A stretch of DNA of 63,676 nucleotides, counting the filler, from Octopus bimaculoides (taxonomy: Eukaryota): the NCBI RefSeq assembly GCF_001194135.2. It is 9 parts of 8 records of this genome, joined end to end, with 100 filler letters (N's around TTAATTAATTAA, not from the genome) between each part and the next. Parts side by side here need not be neighbours in the genome. Positions count along the whole stretch, not along the records: positions 38,275 to 41,988 come from NC_068990.1; positions 42,089 to 57,311 come from NC_068983.1; 7 more parts are not named here. One strand, 5' to 3'. Position 1 is the stretch's first letter. Each line of letters opens with the position of its first letter. Shown here in pieces: positions 38,910 through 53,242 of this stretch. The position numbers were made by a program, and so were the translations under genes. The notes beneath the pieces are model-generated. The model ran no database searches. It was not told where the DNA came from and saw only the letters and a list, made by a program, of their open reading frames with translations.

Positions 38910-40387
38910 ACTCTCTCTCTTTCCTTTCCCGAGCGTCTAATAACACTATCCGTATCACGTCCTCACTTTGTTGTTTTTTTGTTATTGTTTTTTGTCTTTT
39001 TTTGAACTTATATATATATATATATATATACTACCAAACAAACATGATTTTTATTGGACTGATATTACTTTTTGTAGTCCCGTTCTGAATACTTTCTTAA
39101 ATACTTTCTTGCAAACTGCTTTAACATTTTCCTATTATTATCAAAGAATGTATAACTGTATTTTAATACTTTTGTGATAATCAGTACTAAACACAACAAA
39201 GCTTATAAAAAGCTTTAGATTTTACTTTTGACAATTTTTTTCCAAAAAAGTGAAACCGGTCAAGTCAATAAACATCTTTAAAATTGCATTTTCAAACCTT
39301 TTATATATATTTCCACTCGTGCGGTACCTTACAACTTTACTTCAACCGAATACATATCTATTTAATCTAACAATCTATTCCGTTTTACAATACTTGCATT
39401 TAGATTTACATCGACCAACATGTCTATAAGTATATATGTATGTGATTTTGCATGTCCATAGCTATATATATCTTTGTGTGTATATGCGAATTTATTGTTA
39501 AGTGAAGAAGGGTTTGTAAGCATACTTATTTTTTGGCACGTCGAAATATAAATAGATGCGTTGTGTGTATGTGAATATGAGTACATGTATATACGTGTTG
39601 AACTGTGCGTGTGTTTGTGTGTGTATGTGTGTGTGGGCTTGTTAAATTGTGTGTGTTGAAGTAAGTGTATGTATATGTATGATGTATATGTATGTATATC
39701 TGTATTTTTATCTGTCTCTAGGTGTATGTCTATATGTATGTGTGTTGAAGTGTGGTGAGGCATATGAGTGTATACGTATGTGTGTATGCGAGTGTGATGA
39801 AGTTTGCGCGTGTATGTGTGTTGAAGTGGATGGCGACTTTGATTTGATTTTATTTGCAATTATTGGAGAAATATGCTCAAGACTATAATCGATTGATTTG
39901 ATCATGGACTTTTATTGATCATTATCTCATCTATCGTTGAAAGTTGAAAAGCAAATTGAACCTTCTCAAATATTTAATCGCAAAAGAATCTAGTTTTCTG
40001 CTGCAGATTAACCATTTGCACCAACCATCTCGTTCACATCCTCTAAAATTTGTGTAACAAGGTGTGGCAAAAAACCTCTTATTCACCATTTTTTTTTATA
40101 AACGTTTCAACAGTAAACGCTTGGAAAGCACCAGTCGAGAGGCCATGATGGCAACTAAAAAGATATTGGTAAAACAGTAGCAACATGAAGACATCGTTAC
40201 AATCTGCTAAACTTCACTAATAGCTATGTAAAATATGGGAGATTTTTCTGCCGCACTGTTTTTTTTTTTTTAAGAAAAAGAAAATAACAAGTTAATGCTG
40301 CTTAATTTAGATTGACCTGCGTCAGTCAAGTTAGTTTCAACAAACATATTAACACCATTCACTGTGCAGATAATCTAGAAAACTCAC

Positions 40388-40534
40388 CGTGCCATCGTAA
40401 TATTTCGCTTATATTTCAAAATAATTTGACAGGCACACAGCTTCATGATAATAACAACCAAGTTGGCATGTCGGTGTTGTCATAAACATTATAAATCGTA
40501 ATTCATTGCTGAAGGCGATAAAATGGTGTTATAT
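40388..40534 (-). other. Candidate exon containing a possible start (ATG GCA CG|gtgagt)
   Basis: tttcctattctaaag acceptor and gtgagt donor; phase-compatible with 34105-34135. Confidence 0.3.
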
Positions 40535-40918
40535 CTTTAGAATAGGAAATTAGATTCTGCCTCTCTCCTTCATACGGTTTACTAACAAACACGTTAAAGT
40601 TTATAGCAAACATTTTTACCACAGATTTCTTCATTTAAACGTCACAAATTTAATTGCAAAAATAAATAAATACCAACAATATCTTAATTCTTTCTTTTGA
40701 CTTGACTCACAACTAACATTATTTTCTTTTTTTTTTTTTTTNNNNNNNNNNTTTTTTTTTTTTTTTTTAGTAAGACTGACTTCGTAACAGAGATAAAATA
40801 GATAAGTTGATAAAATATTTTAAACCAATAGCTTAGTTTAACTGTTTTTTTGAATCTGTGAGCAGCAGAGAGTTCCGCATCAGGGTTCTGCATCAGATGC
40901 TCCGGCAAAGGTACTTAC

Positions 40919-41400
40919 AATAGACAATTCGAATCAAATACACTGATGATTGATCTAGATTTTACGACAGTTTAGTTTGTGGAAAAAGGCAGCAACCGCG
41001 ACATTTTCAGTAGCACAGAGGCTGGTGGGAGAGAATGCGTCATCGTCTGACCGATGACCTACCAACTGGTTATTTCCTACTTCGAAACATAACATTCCCT
41101 TATTCCAGTTCCTCCATCTCTGCCATCTTTGTAACCGTAACTAGGATTTTACTCAGCTTTAACACATTTATTCGACACCTTTCCCCACCCACCTTTATCC
41201 AATCTACTCTTTTCTTTGTCCCTGCCACTGACCACATTTAAATCCTAACAGTCCGCATCCGAAACCAAACCCACCCCTTTTCTCTTTCCCTACCATCATC
41301 CGCCTCTTCCGCTACATCTAATCGAGCCCTGCTACTTCACGCTTCTTCCCTCTCCTAGCTTTTTCCCTCCTTTAAGAGCGCTCGCAACCTACGCAGTCAC
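40919..41400. promoter_or_regulatory. Candidate promoter / first-exon region
   Basis: Unique, relatively CpG-rich segment; minus-strand donor tatt|gtaagt at 40919. Confidence 0.25.
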
Positions 41401-42719
41401 TTCACATATAGCTATTCCTCCCCTCTGCACACCTGCTTTTCCCTTTTCAAAACTACCATCTGAACTGGACCCATCTGCCGCATCTTCCAGATTAGGGACT
41501 CGTTCTGCTGCACCACTGCTAACCATGTTCCCTTTACATTTCGATTTACACCGGAACCCCACTAAAGGTACCAAAAATCCAATTGACGATGTAAAACTAT
41601 CGTCCAAAAGCAGAAACAGTCACTCCATGGGGTTTCCGTCGACTAAAATTCACTCAGAAAATTTTGATCAAATCGAGGTTCTGATAGAAGAGACTTGCCC
41701 AAGATACCACACAATTGCGAAGTGACCCCATAATCACAGAGTCCTGTCTGTCGAAAGCCGTTTCGATAAACACTAAAACTAGGTTGTATAGAAAAGGCTC
41801 TTCAGAAGCTAGAAACTACAACAATAGCGAATATTTCTGTGAAGCAGTACGTGTGACCCGTCAGTTTCGTAGAATCCAAATTTCCAAATTTATAGTTAGT
41901 GAGTTCGAGTCACCCGTAACATTGTTCGAATCTTTTTTTTATTTTTCATTTATTTTTATTTTCAGATATTCGATCTAAAATGCACATTNNNNNNNNNNNN
42001 NNNNNNNNNNNNNNNNNNNNNNNNNNNNNNNNTTAATTAATTAANNNNNNNNNNNNNNNNNNNNNNNNNNNNNNNNNNNNNNNNNNNNTAAGGTATTCCA
42101 GTAAAGGCAATCCAGGGTCACAGCAACAGGAACACAGAGAAATCCTTCACAAATTGTTAGAATTTTTTTTTCAAGATTTTCAGAGGCGAGATATGCCCAC
42201 AAAAACAACAGTTCTCGCAATTAAGTGAGACACAAAAAGTTTTTCACAAAAATTCTCAGTCCACCGTCATGGTGAGTCGAACACGCCTACCAATAACAAC
42301 GAACGAGAAACACAATTTGCTCACTAAAAATGAACAACAACTACAGTCGCCGTGGCAGAAGAAATTGCCCAGAGCTAGGCTAAATTTACTGAAACAAATG
42401 AAACACAATAAATCATACCTAGCTCAAAAAAACAATTCCATCTACCTCGGCCGACTTCACAAATTTTCAATTTTGGACAGCGTCAAACGACACACATCCA
42501 CACCGTTCTTCAGGTTCATAGGAAGTGGCCAACACGCAAGACTGGAAGTCAAGGTAAGCTAGCTACTTACCACACAGCCACTCCTACGCCTATACTGTTG
42601 TAGAATTTTAATTTTTTATTGCAGCGTAAATTTTATTTTAATTTTAATGTGTTAATTGAGCGATAATTTGAATATAATTATTTACAATATGTATTTTGAG
42701 CCCACTTTTCAATTTAAGG

Positions 42720-45700
42720 TTTTCTTCCTAATGCCAATCACTTTTCAGAGTATGCTGGATACTTTTTACATGCCACCAGCACAGATGCATTTACACAGTA
42801 CCATCACAGGGAATTTTTAAGTGGCACTGGCACCTGAAAGGACAAGCGTGTATTAGTGGGAGACAGCGATTTTACTTAGCTTGATGCATTTTATCAAGTA
42901 CAGCAAATTGTCAGATCTCCCAGTCCACTGTCATTTCCTCAGTGAGACTCGGTGTCCAAAGATCCTTTCTCACCACTTTGTCCCACGTCTTCCTGGGTCC
43001 CACGTCTTCCACAGGTACCCTCCAGAATTAGAGCTCAGCACTTCTTTATGAAGCTGTCCTCATCCATGCACATCACACGACCAAACATCTGATGCCGCTT
43101 ATACCTAGTTTTCCTCTTTTATACTCTGTCATGCATGCACAGACATTACCCACCCAGCAGAGCATGCTAGCTTCAGTTCTTTTAAGCCCTCACAAGTCCA
43201 CTGTAGTCAAAGCCCATGTTTCACTTCCATGTAACATAGCTGTATGTACACAGGCATCATACAATCTACCTTTCACTCTGAGGATGAGGCCCTTAGTTAT
43301 CAACAAAAGTAGAAAATCTCTGAACTTTGCCCAGCCTGTTCTTATTCTAGCAACTACACTTCCAGAACTTCCTCCACCACTGTTAACTTGGTCTCCTAGG
43401 TAACAGAAGCTATTTACTACTTCAAATGATCCCCTTGAGCATTTGAGGGAGCCTATTGTCTGTGCATTTTTAGTGCTCATTGTACCTGCACATTTGCCAC
43501 ACACAGACTATATTCTCTGTGAACCATCCTGTGATACCTTTTATGTGTCCAAAGCTTGCATTGGGTACAATGTATGGAGTTTCTACAACACCCTTCTTAC
43601 ATATTGAGCAGGGCCATCTCCCAGGAGGGTCTTGTGATTTGTCTGTTTTCTTACTTACTAGGATTTTGGCTTTTGCTAAATTAACTCTAAGGCCCTTAGA
43701 TTCCAGGTCATGTTTCCACACCTGAAATTTCTTCTCTAGGTCAGGTAGTGATTCAGCTATAAGAACAAGGTCATTAGTATAGAGGATCTTTCAGGGCAGC
43801 TTTCTTGAATTCCCTTGTTAAGGCCTGGAGGACTAACATAAACAGGAGGGGCTGAGAACTAAGCTTTGGTAAACTCCTACCTGTACACTGAATTCATTGC
43901 TACACTTGTTGCCAACCCTCACCTTACTGGCATCATCCTTGTACATGGCTTGTACAGCTCTCACTAACCACTCATCTACCCCTAGCTCTTGCATTGTCCA
44001 CCAGATAAGGGAATGGGGGCTCCCATCAAAGGCTTGTCGACAAAAGCCAGTTACAGAGGTTTATTTTTTAGATAAATACTTCCCCTGAAGTTGCCTAACC
44101 AGAAATATAACATCAGTTGTACTCCTGCCTGGCACAAATCTGAACTGCATCTCATCTACACTAATTCTCTTAATTATTTGAGCTATGCTGCTTTCATCAC
44201 CTAGTCCAGCAATTTGATTCTTCTGTAATTATTTCTGTCTAAGGCATCACCTTTGCCTTTGTAGTAGTTGATTATAATGTTGCTACATCAATTGTTGGGT
44301 ATGACTCTCCCATGGACAACTTGATTAACTATATAGGTGACCAGACCATATCCTACTCCACCAGATATTTTAAGCATCTCAGCAGTGATTCCTGACAGGA
44401 TAGGCCTTTTCCTGTCTTCATATCCTTAATTGCTTTATTTACCAAGCTACTGTTGATTCAGATAGCTAGTCCCCCAGTTAGGTCTACATTTGGCTGACTC
44501 TCCTCCCATTCATTCTCCACATTTAGCAGCCTTTCGTAATGGCATTTCTAAGCATCTTTCTTTGCACAATCGTTAAACGTAAGTGAGCCATCATCCATAC
44601 AGACACATTTCTCTCTTATGACAGCACGATTTTCTCTCACACTGTCTTGCAATTCAAAACATTTCAATCTAAAACATTTCTGGTCCTCACATCACAAAAC
44701 ATTGACAAACTTCTTTTTTTCTGTTTCTCCCCTGGCTAAATATATGTCTCCTTCCCTTTTGGCCATCTGATACAGTTCCCTGCTACCATCACACTCCCAA
44801 TCTTTCTAGGCTTGTTTCTTTTCACTAATGGCCTTGTCAACTACACTGTTCCACCACCATGTCACCTTAGGTCAAAAAGGAACTTTGACTACTAGTCACA
44901 AATTTGGTCAGTGGCCCTCAACAGGTTGTCCTGTAGGAACCTCCAGTTGTCCTCCACATCATATGTCACTTTATTCTCTTTTTGTCAAATGCTTCAAGTA
45001 ACACCTCTCTAAATCTTTGAACATTCAATGGATCCTTAAGCTTCCAGATCTTTCTTTTCTACACTGGTTGTCTTCTAGGCAACATTTTAGCCCTGATCAT
45101 GAAGTCAACTAACCTATGTCGGAGGACACAGTCTTCACTTGGGAAAGTTTTTGTATTTATAAGCGGCCATCTTTCCCCTTTTCTAATAAGAATGTAGCCA
45201 ATCTGACTAGTGTGTCCACCAGATTTATAAGTTAACAGGTGATTGGGAGGTTTCCTGATGTCAGTATTGCAAATCATAAGGTCATTTGCATCACAGAACT
45301 CCAGCAACCTGGTTCCCTCCTCTTTACAGGAACCAAATCTGTTGCCACCATGCACACCATGGAAGCCACCCAGATGTTATCTGGCATACTCACTGAAGTC
45401 GCCAGTCACAAAGAGAAAGGTGGTTTGTGAAAGGGTGTCATAAAATCGGTCTTTCTGTTCATCAGATAGTCCCAGCTGAGGGACATAGGCCAAGATAATG
45501 GTTGCTGTTCCACGCCGCAACACTAGTCTAAGCTTCAGTATTCTATCACACACTCTACTTCAATTACCTTATCAACTCATTTCTCAACAAGAAGTATTCC
45601 CACACCCCGACCCCATCACTTCCCTACCCAGAAGATTTTATATCTATGCTCTTTGCCTGTGAGAAACCTAGCAGAACCTTCTCTCCACCTTACTTCTTGG

Positions 45701-45920
45701 ATGCAACATACATCTACATGCTGCTATTCAAGCATTTCAGCAATCTTACCAGACCTACCTTTCAATGTGCCCACATTGAGTGTGCCAACTCTAAAGGTGT
45801 GGAAGGTGTGGGCTGGGGGGACACAAGAATGGGGGACAGTGTTCTGCATATGAAAAGAAAGCTTGCATGTATGTTTGGCTGACATATCATATAAGTGCAA
45901 ATAGGTTTCAACCTGCATTT
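42720..45920 (-). mobile_element. Near full-length, degraded RTE LINE (parent type of the family E tails)
   Basis: RVGTLNVGTLKG and EEGTRLLEFCDAND endonuclease, RT remnants, VKGRLYDACV...LHGSETW; many stops. Confidence 0.88.
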
Positions 45921-46210
45921 ACTTCACCACCATTTTATTGCTGTGCAGTTGGACTGAACCCAAAGCGTCTTAACTACACAACAATGCCCACACACATTTC
46001 ATACAGAAGAAATCCACCACCAACGTGTCAAAATTATTTGTCATTAAATATTAGGCCATTTCACATAAAATATTGACAGAACAAAATACATGGATATTGT
46101 GCATGGAAAGTGAAAAAATATAAACAAAAAGCACTAACAATTTTTTTTTAGAAATATTACTTCTTAGTTTTTGATTCAATTTAGCTTATTTACTTACATA
46201 TTGTTTTGCT

Positions 46211-49200
46211 TTGTCCTGGGTAATACACAAAACTGCTCCAGGAAGACAGGAGTTATGGGGAGCGTGGAGACACCTCTTAGTTGCCATTTCTCCCAGGTCC
46301 GCTTTGGCCCGGAGTGGTAGCATCTGTTAGGGCCCCAGCAATGGGTAAAAACTGGATCCTCCTCTGCTGCCTTGCAGGATGCCTCTTTAGGCTAAGGCTA
46401 TGAGAAGGAATCACCAAGTCCTCAACGGTTGATCAGGCAGACGAAGCGACATCTATGTCTCTCAATGGCTGTGACAGTGGAAGAAGGCTATGCCAAGCGG
46501 GCTGGCTACAACAAGGCGTGGCCTAAAAGAACTGATCCGCAGTAGCTTGCTGCAACTCACAGGTCAAAGTCAGTACGTTTCCTTCACGGTGCCACTGATG
46601 ACATCCTCTGAGCCAAGTGAGTGGACTTCTGCCTGGCAAGTGGCGGTCCACCTTAAACAAAATCACGCCATGGCATCCAGTGCTATTTTCTTTCCTTTCC
46701 TACTTCCCCCCACCCAAAAAGTCCTATGGTGGTGGGCTACAGATAATGGGGACAGGCCCTGGTGGAGCTGGAAGTCTCTAGTCCCGATCCTACATGTAGG
46801 CGGCGAGCATGTGCTGACCGCTCAATCAGAGACCCTGCGTCAACTCTGTTGGGTGGTAGCTATGTTCGCGACTGGGCTGGCCTATTTAGGATTACCGCAG
46901 CCCACATCGAAAGAGGAAGGCCCTAGAAAAGGTGGGCTAAACATTGGATGTTGCAACTCTACCTGGCTGGAATGCTGCATTCAGTGGGTCACCCATTCTG
47001 CAGCTGAAACACTATAATGAACTTTGCTACTTGGAACGTTCGGACACTACTAGATCACAAGGACACAAATCGACCTGCCAGGAGAACAGCCCTCGTCACA
47101 CACGAACTGAGTCATTTCGATGTGGACTTCACAGCTCTGAGTGAAACCAGGCTCTCAGGGGAAGGCTCACTTGAAGAACAAGGTTCCGGATATATGATCT
47201 TCTGGAAAGGAAAGGAGCCTGGCCAACTTCATATGCACGGTGTGGGTTTTGCAATCAAGACAAAACTCGTAAAATCCTTCAATCTGGCTCCATCTTGCAT
47301 CACAGAGAGAATCATGTCCATCCGATTTCCCCTCTCAACATCTTCTTTCATCACCATCTTTTCCATCTATGCTCCAACACTGGATGCTGAGGACAACATA
47401 AAGGAAGAGTTCTACCATCAACTCGACCAACAACTCACCGCTGTCCCCAGTTCAGATAAAATCCTCCTACTGGGTGACTTCAACGCAAGGGTTGGCAAAG
47501 ACCATCATCTTTAGGAGAAGGTTGTCGGGAAAGATGGAGTCGGGAACTCCAATGCAAATGGACATCTTCTTCTTGGACTGTGTTCTGAACACCAACTTGC
47601 TGTGACAAACACTTTCTTCTGGCAACGAAGCCGCTTCAAGACCACATGGCAACATCCCAGATCCAAGCATTGGCACCTCCTAGACTATGCCATCACAAGA
47701 CAATGTGATCTCAAAGATGTTCTGATCACTCATTCTATGCTGTCGGCTGACGACTGTTGGACCAACCACCGTCTGGTTGTCACACGGATAAAATGGAACC
47801 TGAAGAAGAAGACATTCCTCCCAAGATCAAATCCACCTCCCCGGAGGAAGTACGACACCACTGTCTTCCGAGACCTCCAGATGGTCTGTCTTTTTCAAGA
47901 GTCTGTCAAAAAGCAGTTGAATGAACCTCCCCCCCCCCCATGTAACAGCTCTGATCCCAATGCAGAGTGGACCACACTTAAGAACATCATCACCAAATCT
48001 TCGAGAGAACATCGGTTTCCAAAAGCGATCCTGTGCAGACTGGTTCAACTCAGTCTTGAAATCTCCACCCTGGTTGATGGCAAGTGATTGGCACTCATTG
48101 AACATCTGAACAACCCCTCATGTTCCACTAAACTCGCCAGATTCAAGGAAGCCAAGTCACTCTGCCAAAGAAGGATTCATGAGATCGAGAATCAATGGTG
48201 GTAAGCTAAAGCTGTCCAACTCCAATCCTTTACTGACAGCCGTTACATGAGAAACTTTTGCTGGAACCAAGGAAATCTACGGTCCCCAAATGTCATCAAC
48301 ATCCCAGCTGAAAACAGCAGACAACTCAACTGTCATCACCGAGAAGGATGAGACTCTTCATCGCTGGAAAGAACACTTCGAAGCTTTGCTGAATCGCCCG
48401 TCCACTGCTTCTGAAGATCCACTGAAGAACATTCCTCAACACTCTGTCAGACCAGAACTGTCACGTCCCCCTTCCCATATTGAATTCATGACCGCTTTCA
48501 ATCAAATGTTACCTAACAAAGCTCCTGGACCCGACAACATTCCCTTTGAACTCCTCAAAGCGGGTGGATCTGCTCTTAGGGCAAGATTCTTCATGCTGAT
48601 TCTGCAGATCTGGGAGAAGAAACAGATTCCTCAAGATCTCAAAGATGCAGTCATTGTCACCATCTTCAAGAAAGGTGATAGGAGCCTTTGTGGTAACTAT
48701 CGTGACATCTCTCTGCTTTCAATCGCAGGCAAGATCATCACTTGAATCTTGTTACAATGTCTCCAAGTGGTAGCTGAGTCAGTTTTTTCTGAGTCACAGT
48801 GTGGTTTCAGAAGGTCAAGAGGTACTATCGACATGATCTTTTGTGCACGTCAGATCCAGGAGTTTTATCTTCTACAACTTGGAAAAAACTTTCGACAGTG
48901 TCCCAAGAGAGGTCATGTGGGATATCCTGCATCGTTACGGTTGTCCTGGAGGCTTCATTTCGCTGATCAAGGGTTTCCATGATGAAATGAGGGAAAGAGT
49001 CCTTTATCAGACTGACACCTCTGAAGAATTCAAGATCACCTGTGGCCTGAAGCAGGGATGTGTTCTTGCTCCAACCCTGTTTTCTCTCTACATCACTGCC
49101 ATGCTCTCTGAAATAACTCAGATGTAGATTTGATGGTGGGCTTTTCAATGTCGCGTGTTTCCGATCAAGATATCACTGTCGAGAGCACAAAATCACTGAG

Positions 49201-50207
49201 CTTCAATAAGCTGATGATAACGCAGCCCCAACTTCAACTGCAGAAGATCTCCAAACCTCAACAAACAACTTCAGCAGAGCTTATCAAACCTTCGGCCTGT
49301 AAGTGAACATCGCTAAAAGCAAAGTGCTCGCTCAACCAGCTCCTCGTACCAACCTTGACAGCTCCAACATCCCCATCAACAGCCAATCAATTGAGGTCGT
49401 TGAGGATTTCTGCTATCTTGGAAGTTTTCTGTCATCCACTGCAGGATCTCGTAAGGATATCGAACATCGCATCCAATCAGGTCATGCCTCTTTTAGTCGT
49501 CTCAAAACCAAGGTTTTTTTGCAACAAGGATCTGACATTCAAAAACGAAGCTCATGGTCTATCGGGCTATTGTCGTATCAACTCTGCTGTACAGACGTGA
49601 AACTTGGACTGTTTACCATGAGGACATGAAGAAACTAGAGCGCTTCCATCAATCCAAACATTGCTCTATCCTGAACATCAACTGGGAAGATCACATCACC
49701 AATAACTCTGTGCTTGAAAGATCAGGTCTCCTGAGCATCGAAGCCTTGTTCATTGGACATTGTCTCCGATGGTCAGGTAACGTCCATGGGATGAATGAAC
49801 ATCGCTTTCCCAAGATCTGTCTCTACGGTGAACTGTCTGAAGGAAAACGTCCTCGTGGAGCCCCCTTTAGGTGGTACAAGGACCAACTCAAATCAACCTT
49901 GAAAAGCACCAACATCGACCCCACACACTGGGAGGATATCTCAGCAAACAGAGCCCTCTGGAGACACACCCTCAAAACAGGTTCAGCGGACTTCGAGAAA
50001 GCCCTAGTCGCAAGAGCTGAACTCAAGAGACGGGAGAGAAAGCAGCGCCTTCTCCTTCCCAAACCAGCCCCTTCTATCCCTTGTCCACAATGTCCCCGTA
50101 TGTTTCAGGCAACCCTTGGATTGCGGAGCCATCTGTAGTTCAAACACCCAGGAAAATGAACTGGATTGCAAACTCGGAAACATGAGACACAGCCAACAAC
50201 AAAAACA
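46211..50207 (+). mobile_element. Complete RTE (BovB-like) LINE with 11-bp TSD, inactivated by stops and frameshifts
   Basis: ATTGTTTTGCT at 46200-46210 and 50208-50218; ~800-bp 5' UTR; ORF from 47017 (ATWNVRTL, SETR, GDFNA, QCGFR, QGCVLAP, CPQC...HL); CAA-rich tail. Confidence 0.93.
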
Positions 50208-50902
50208 ATTGTTTTGCTACATTTTTAATTTATCAATTAGAAATAAACCACCTTTTTTTCTCAACAGATAGAGTATATAGCCATTTGACAAAAATACTAT
50301 TAGTTATGTGATTGCATTTCTGTCACACAGTACTTGAACAAATCTAAATGTTTTAATAAATGTAGTTGAGTGCTTTTTTAGGTTGTTTCCACTTGCAGCT
50401 GTTGTTGCTCTTTTTCTTTATTATCTTAATATCATTTTAAAAAGAACAGTGGAATGGCAGAAACAAGAGGCACTAGACAATATTTAGTTACATCCATTCA
50501 CATTCTAAGTTCCAAATTTGTTTGAGCCTACTTATTTTTTCTGTCAGTATATGAAATCATTATTAATTAGTTTGTATTATATGCTATTATTAAGTGAGGT
50601 TCACTTTCTTCTGATTATCTATTGGCTATAAGGTGTACTGCCATTACAAGGAAATGCACTGTAACTGAATAACCATCTAAGATTTCAGACTGGAAAACTG
50701 GATTTTGTACTAAGCACTAGCACTAAATGCCCAGACATGTCAAGTAACAAGTATGTCAACTCTTATTTCACAATTCTGCAAGATTTCAGACAGACTTGCT
50801 TTAGTTTGCCTAGTTGTGTGAGGGAATACATATCAGATGTGAAAAATTTATTTGCTGTACACTAGAGATTTGGTTTCTATTTACTTAATTCTACACAAAC
50901 AG

Positions 50903-50941
50903 GTATTAAGCCAGATTTCTCACACACCCTAGACTATTGTG
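50903..50941 (+). CDS. Candidate 39-nt phase-1 microexon
   Basis: ttacttaattctacacaaacag acceptor and gtatgt donor; reads (x)IKPDFSHTLDYC. Confidence 0.3.
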
Positions 50942-51715
50942 GTATGTGAAAGGATTAACTTTAGGGTGTGGTCTCCATTCAAAGAAAAATCTTATATTTT
51001 CTTCCATATTTCTAAATGCATTTTTGTCCTCTACTTTTTATTTTTATGCATTCTCCAATCAAGAAGGAGCCAACCAGTAACTCACTGACTAGACTTCCCC
51101 AAAGGAATTCAGACAAAAACAACAAGTGAACAGAGCCATATGCTGAACTTTGGACAAGTCTAGAATATTTTTAGCATCTCATTTGTATAGTTTATGCATG
51201 AAAAAGTGGGAGGAAGGGCAATTTATACATTGTTATGTTAAATGTTTTGAGAGGGAGGTGTAAGGAAAGAATGGCAAAACATCTGGAGAAATAGAGAAGA
51301 GGGAACCCAAATGACAGAATTAAATATATGTGGTAATCTAAAGGTTGAAAGAGCTAAAAGAACTGGTTCAGAGATGGAAGAAGGGAAGGGGTGGACATTG
51401 GGTTGCATGTGTCATGTTACACTACTGGAAAGCTATTCTAAACATCCATCATCATAAATTTTCTGTTTTAGGGATAGGCTGAATTTATCTGTCCAATCTC
51501 TCAACATGCTGGTTACTTCCTCTGAGTATCCATTCCACACTGTGATAGACTTTACTTAGGTTGATTTCTTTCTATTCTATATGCAGCTATATTTTAATAA
51601 ATATCCTGTAGAAGTAAACCTTCAGTTTGGAGAATGAATGAAAGTGTCCAACCCCATAAAATATATAGTTCTTGTGTGATGTATATCAGTCTTCTAAATT
51701 ATTCCTTTTTGTATC

Positions 51716-53242
51716 TGTAGGATTTCAGCTTGTGTATTCTTGCACTGAATGGGTGCTACACAATTTCCTTACATCAATATTTATTCAAGAACAAGAAAAG
51801 CATCTGAACAATAATAACACTCTTTATTTGTTATGTATAATATGTACAATTTGGTCAGTCAACAATAATAGTTACACATATAACACTCTTCTGTTCTGGT
51901 ATATATATATATATATTGGTATATTCGAATAGACATTAACCACGAACATATAACACTCTTCGTTCGGGTATATATAAAATGTACATTAGGACAGTCAGCA
52001 AAAACGAACATATAACTTGGAACATCTCGAAGATACAAGTTTGGTAATTAAACAGCAAAACTGGAGTTAATTAGACATTTGTGAGAAATAACTTCACAGA
52101 AACTCCAGTAGCAAACAGAGCTGGTCAAATCCCATGCATCTGGGACAGGAGCATAGGTGAACTGCTAGTGAAAACACGTCTGCAATGTTCAACGGCTGCG
52201 TCTCGAGTCATAGACGCTAGCAAGGCACATAATAGCACTTTTCCCGCCAGTTTTCTACGCATGCGCTTGAGGGAACTTCTGCAGGCCTTCCAGAAGATTC
52301 CAACCCCGTGCATGCGTACTGAAGACTCTCAAGATGATGTCACTACAAGGCTCCCCCTTGAGTGCGGAAGCACAAAACAAAAAAAATTGTAGTGGTTCCA
52401 GAAAATAAGATGGTTACCAAATCCCCAGAAGAATGTGGCACATGATATGACAATTCAAAAATAAAATTTACAAAATAAACAAGCATGCACCAAAGAAAAA
52501 GAAGAAAAAAAACAAAGTTCAATAAGTATTGTAACTGTCACTGGAAGCACATTTGAGAATGTCAAACATAAATAGTCTTTGTAAGTTTCTTAGGCCAGTG
52601 TACAGTTCTGCCTGACCTCGTAACATAAGGTTTGTTCGAAGCAGGCTGCGACAACGAAGGTGGTGTTGCCAATGTTGGTGTTGATAAGGAGAAACAAGAG
52701 GTCCTTTGACAGAATCATCTTGAATAAAAACATGTGTCCAAGAGTTAAGATCTGATGGCACATTAGAAGGAGGATTTTAGTGTCGGGGACCCATAGGAGG
52801 AAGGGCAGAAAAATAACTGCGTAGTCGAGCAACATAAGACTCTAGATTAAGAGACTGTGACTTGTCTGGTACCAACATTGTACCAGGCAATGCCAGTGTG
52901 GTACCATACAAGAGCTCGGCGGAAGAAAAACCAAGGTCTGCTTTAACCACTGTCCGACATCCAAGCTGGACGATAAGAAGAAATTCAGTCCACGACTATG
53001 GATTCGGCGAGGCACGCAATGCAGCCTTAAATTGCCTGTGAAAATGCTCCACCATCCCATTAGAAGTGGGATGTCTGCAATGTTCAACAGCTGCGTCTCG
53101 AGTCAAAGACGCTAGCAAGGAACACGATAGCACTTTTCCCACCAGTTTTCAGCGCATGCGCTTGAGGGAACTTCCGCAGGCCTTCCAGAAGATACCAACC
53201 CCACACATGCGTACTGAAGACTCTCAAATTGAGATCACTACA
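51716..53242 (-). mobile_element. Internally deleted Ty3/Gypsy LTR retrotransposon
   Basis: TGTAG...CTACA termini; TATC TSD (51712-51715, 53243-53246); PPT aagggggagcct at 52348-52359; complete 3' LTR 51716-52347; 170-bp 5' LTR stub; integrase remnant HPTSNGMVEHFHRQFKAAL and THVFIQDDSVKGPLVSPY. Confidence 0.9.

Noticed and set aside
40684-40908. ORF with KLSYWFKIFYQLIYFIS, superficially like a rolling stone middle exon
   Set aside because: There is no donor after the hydrophobic stretch, no following YW motif, and it runs into poly-A and a gap.
42481-42553. Possible 73-nt plus-strand exon
   Set aside because: The apparent gtaagc donor is part of the adjacent SINE.
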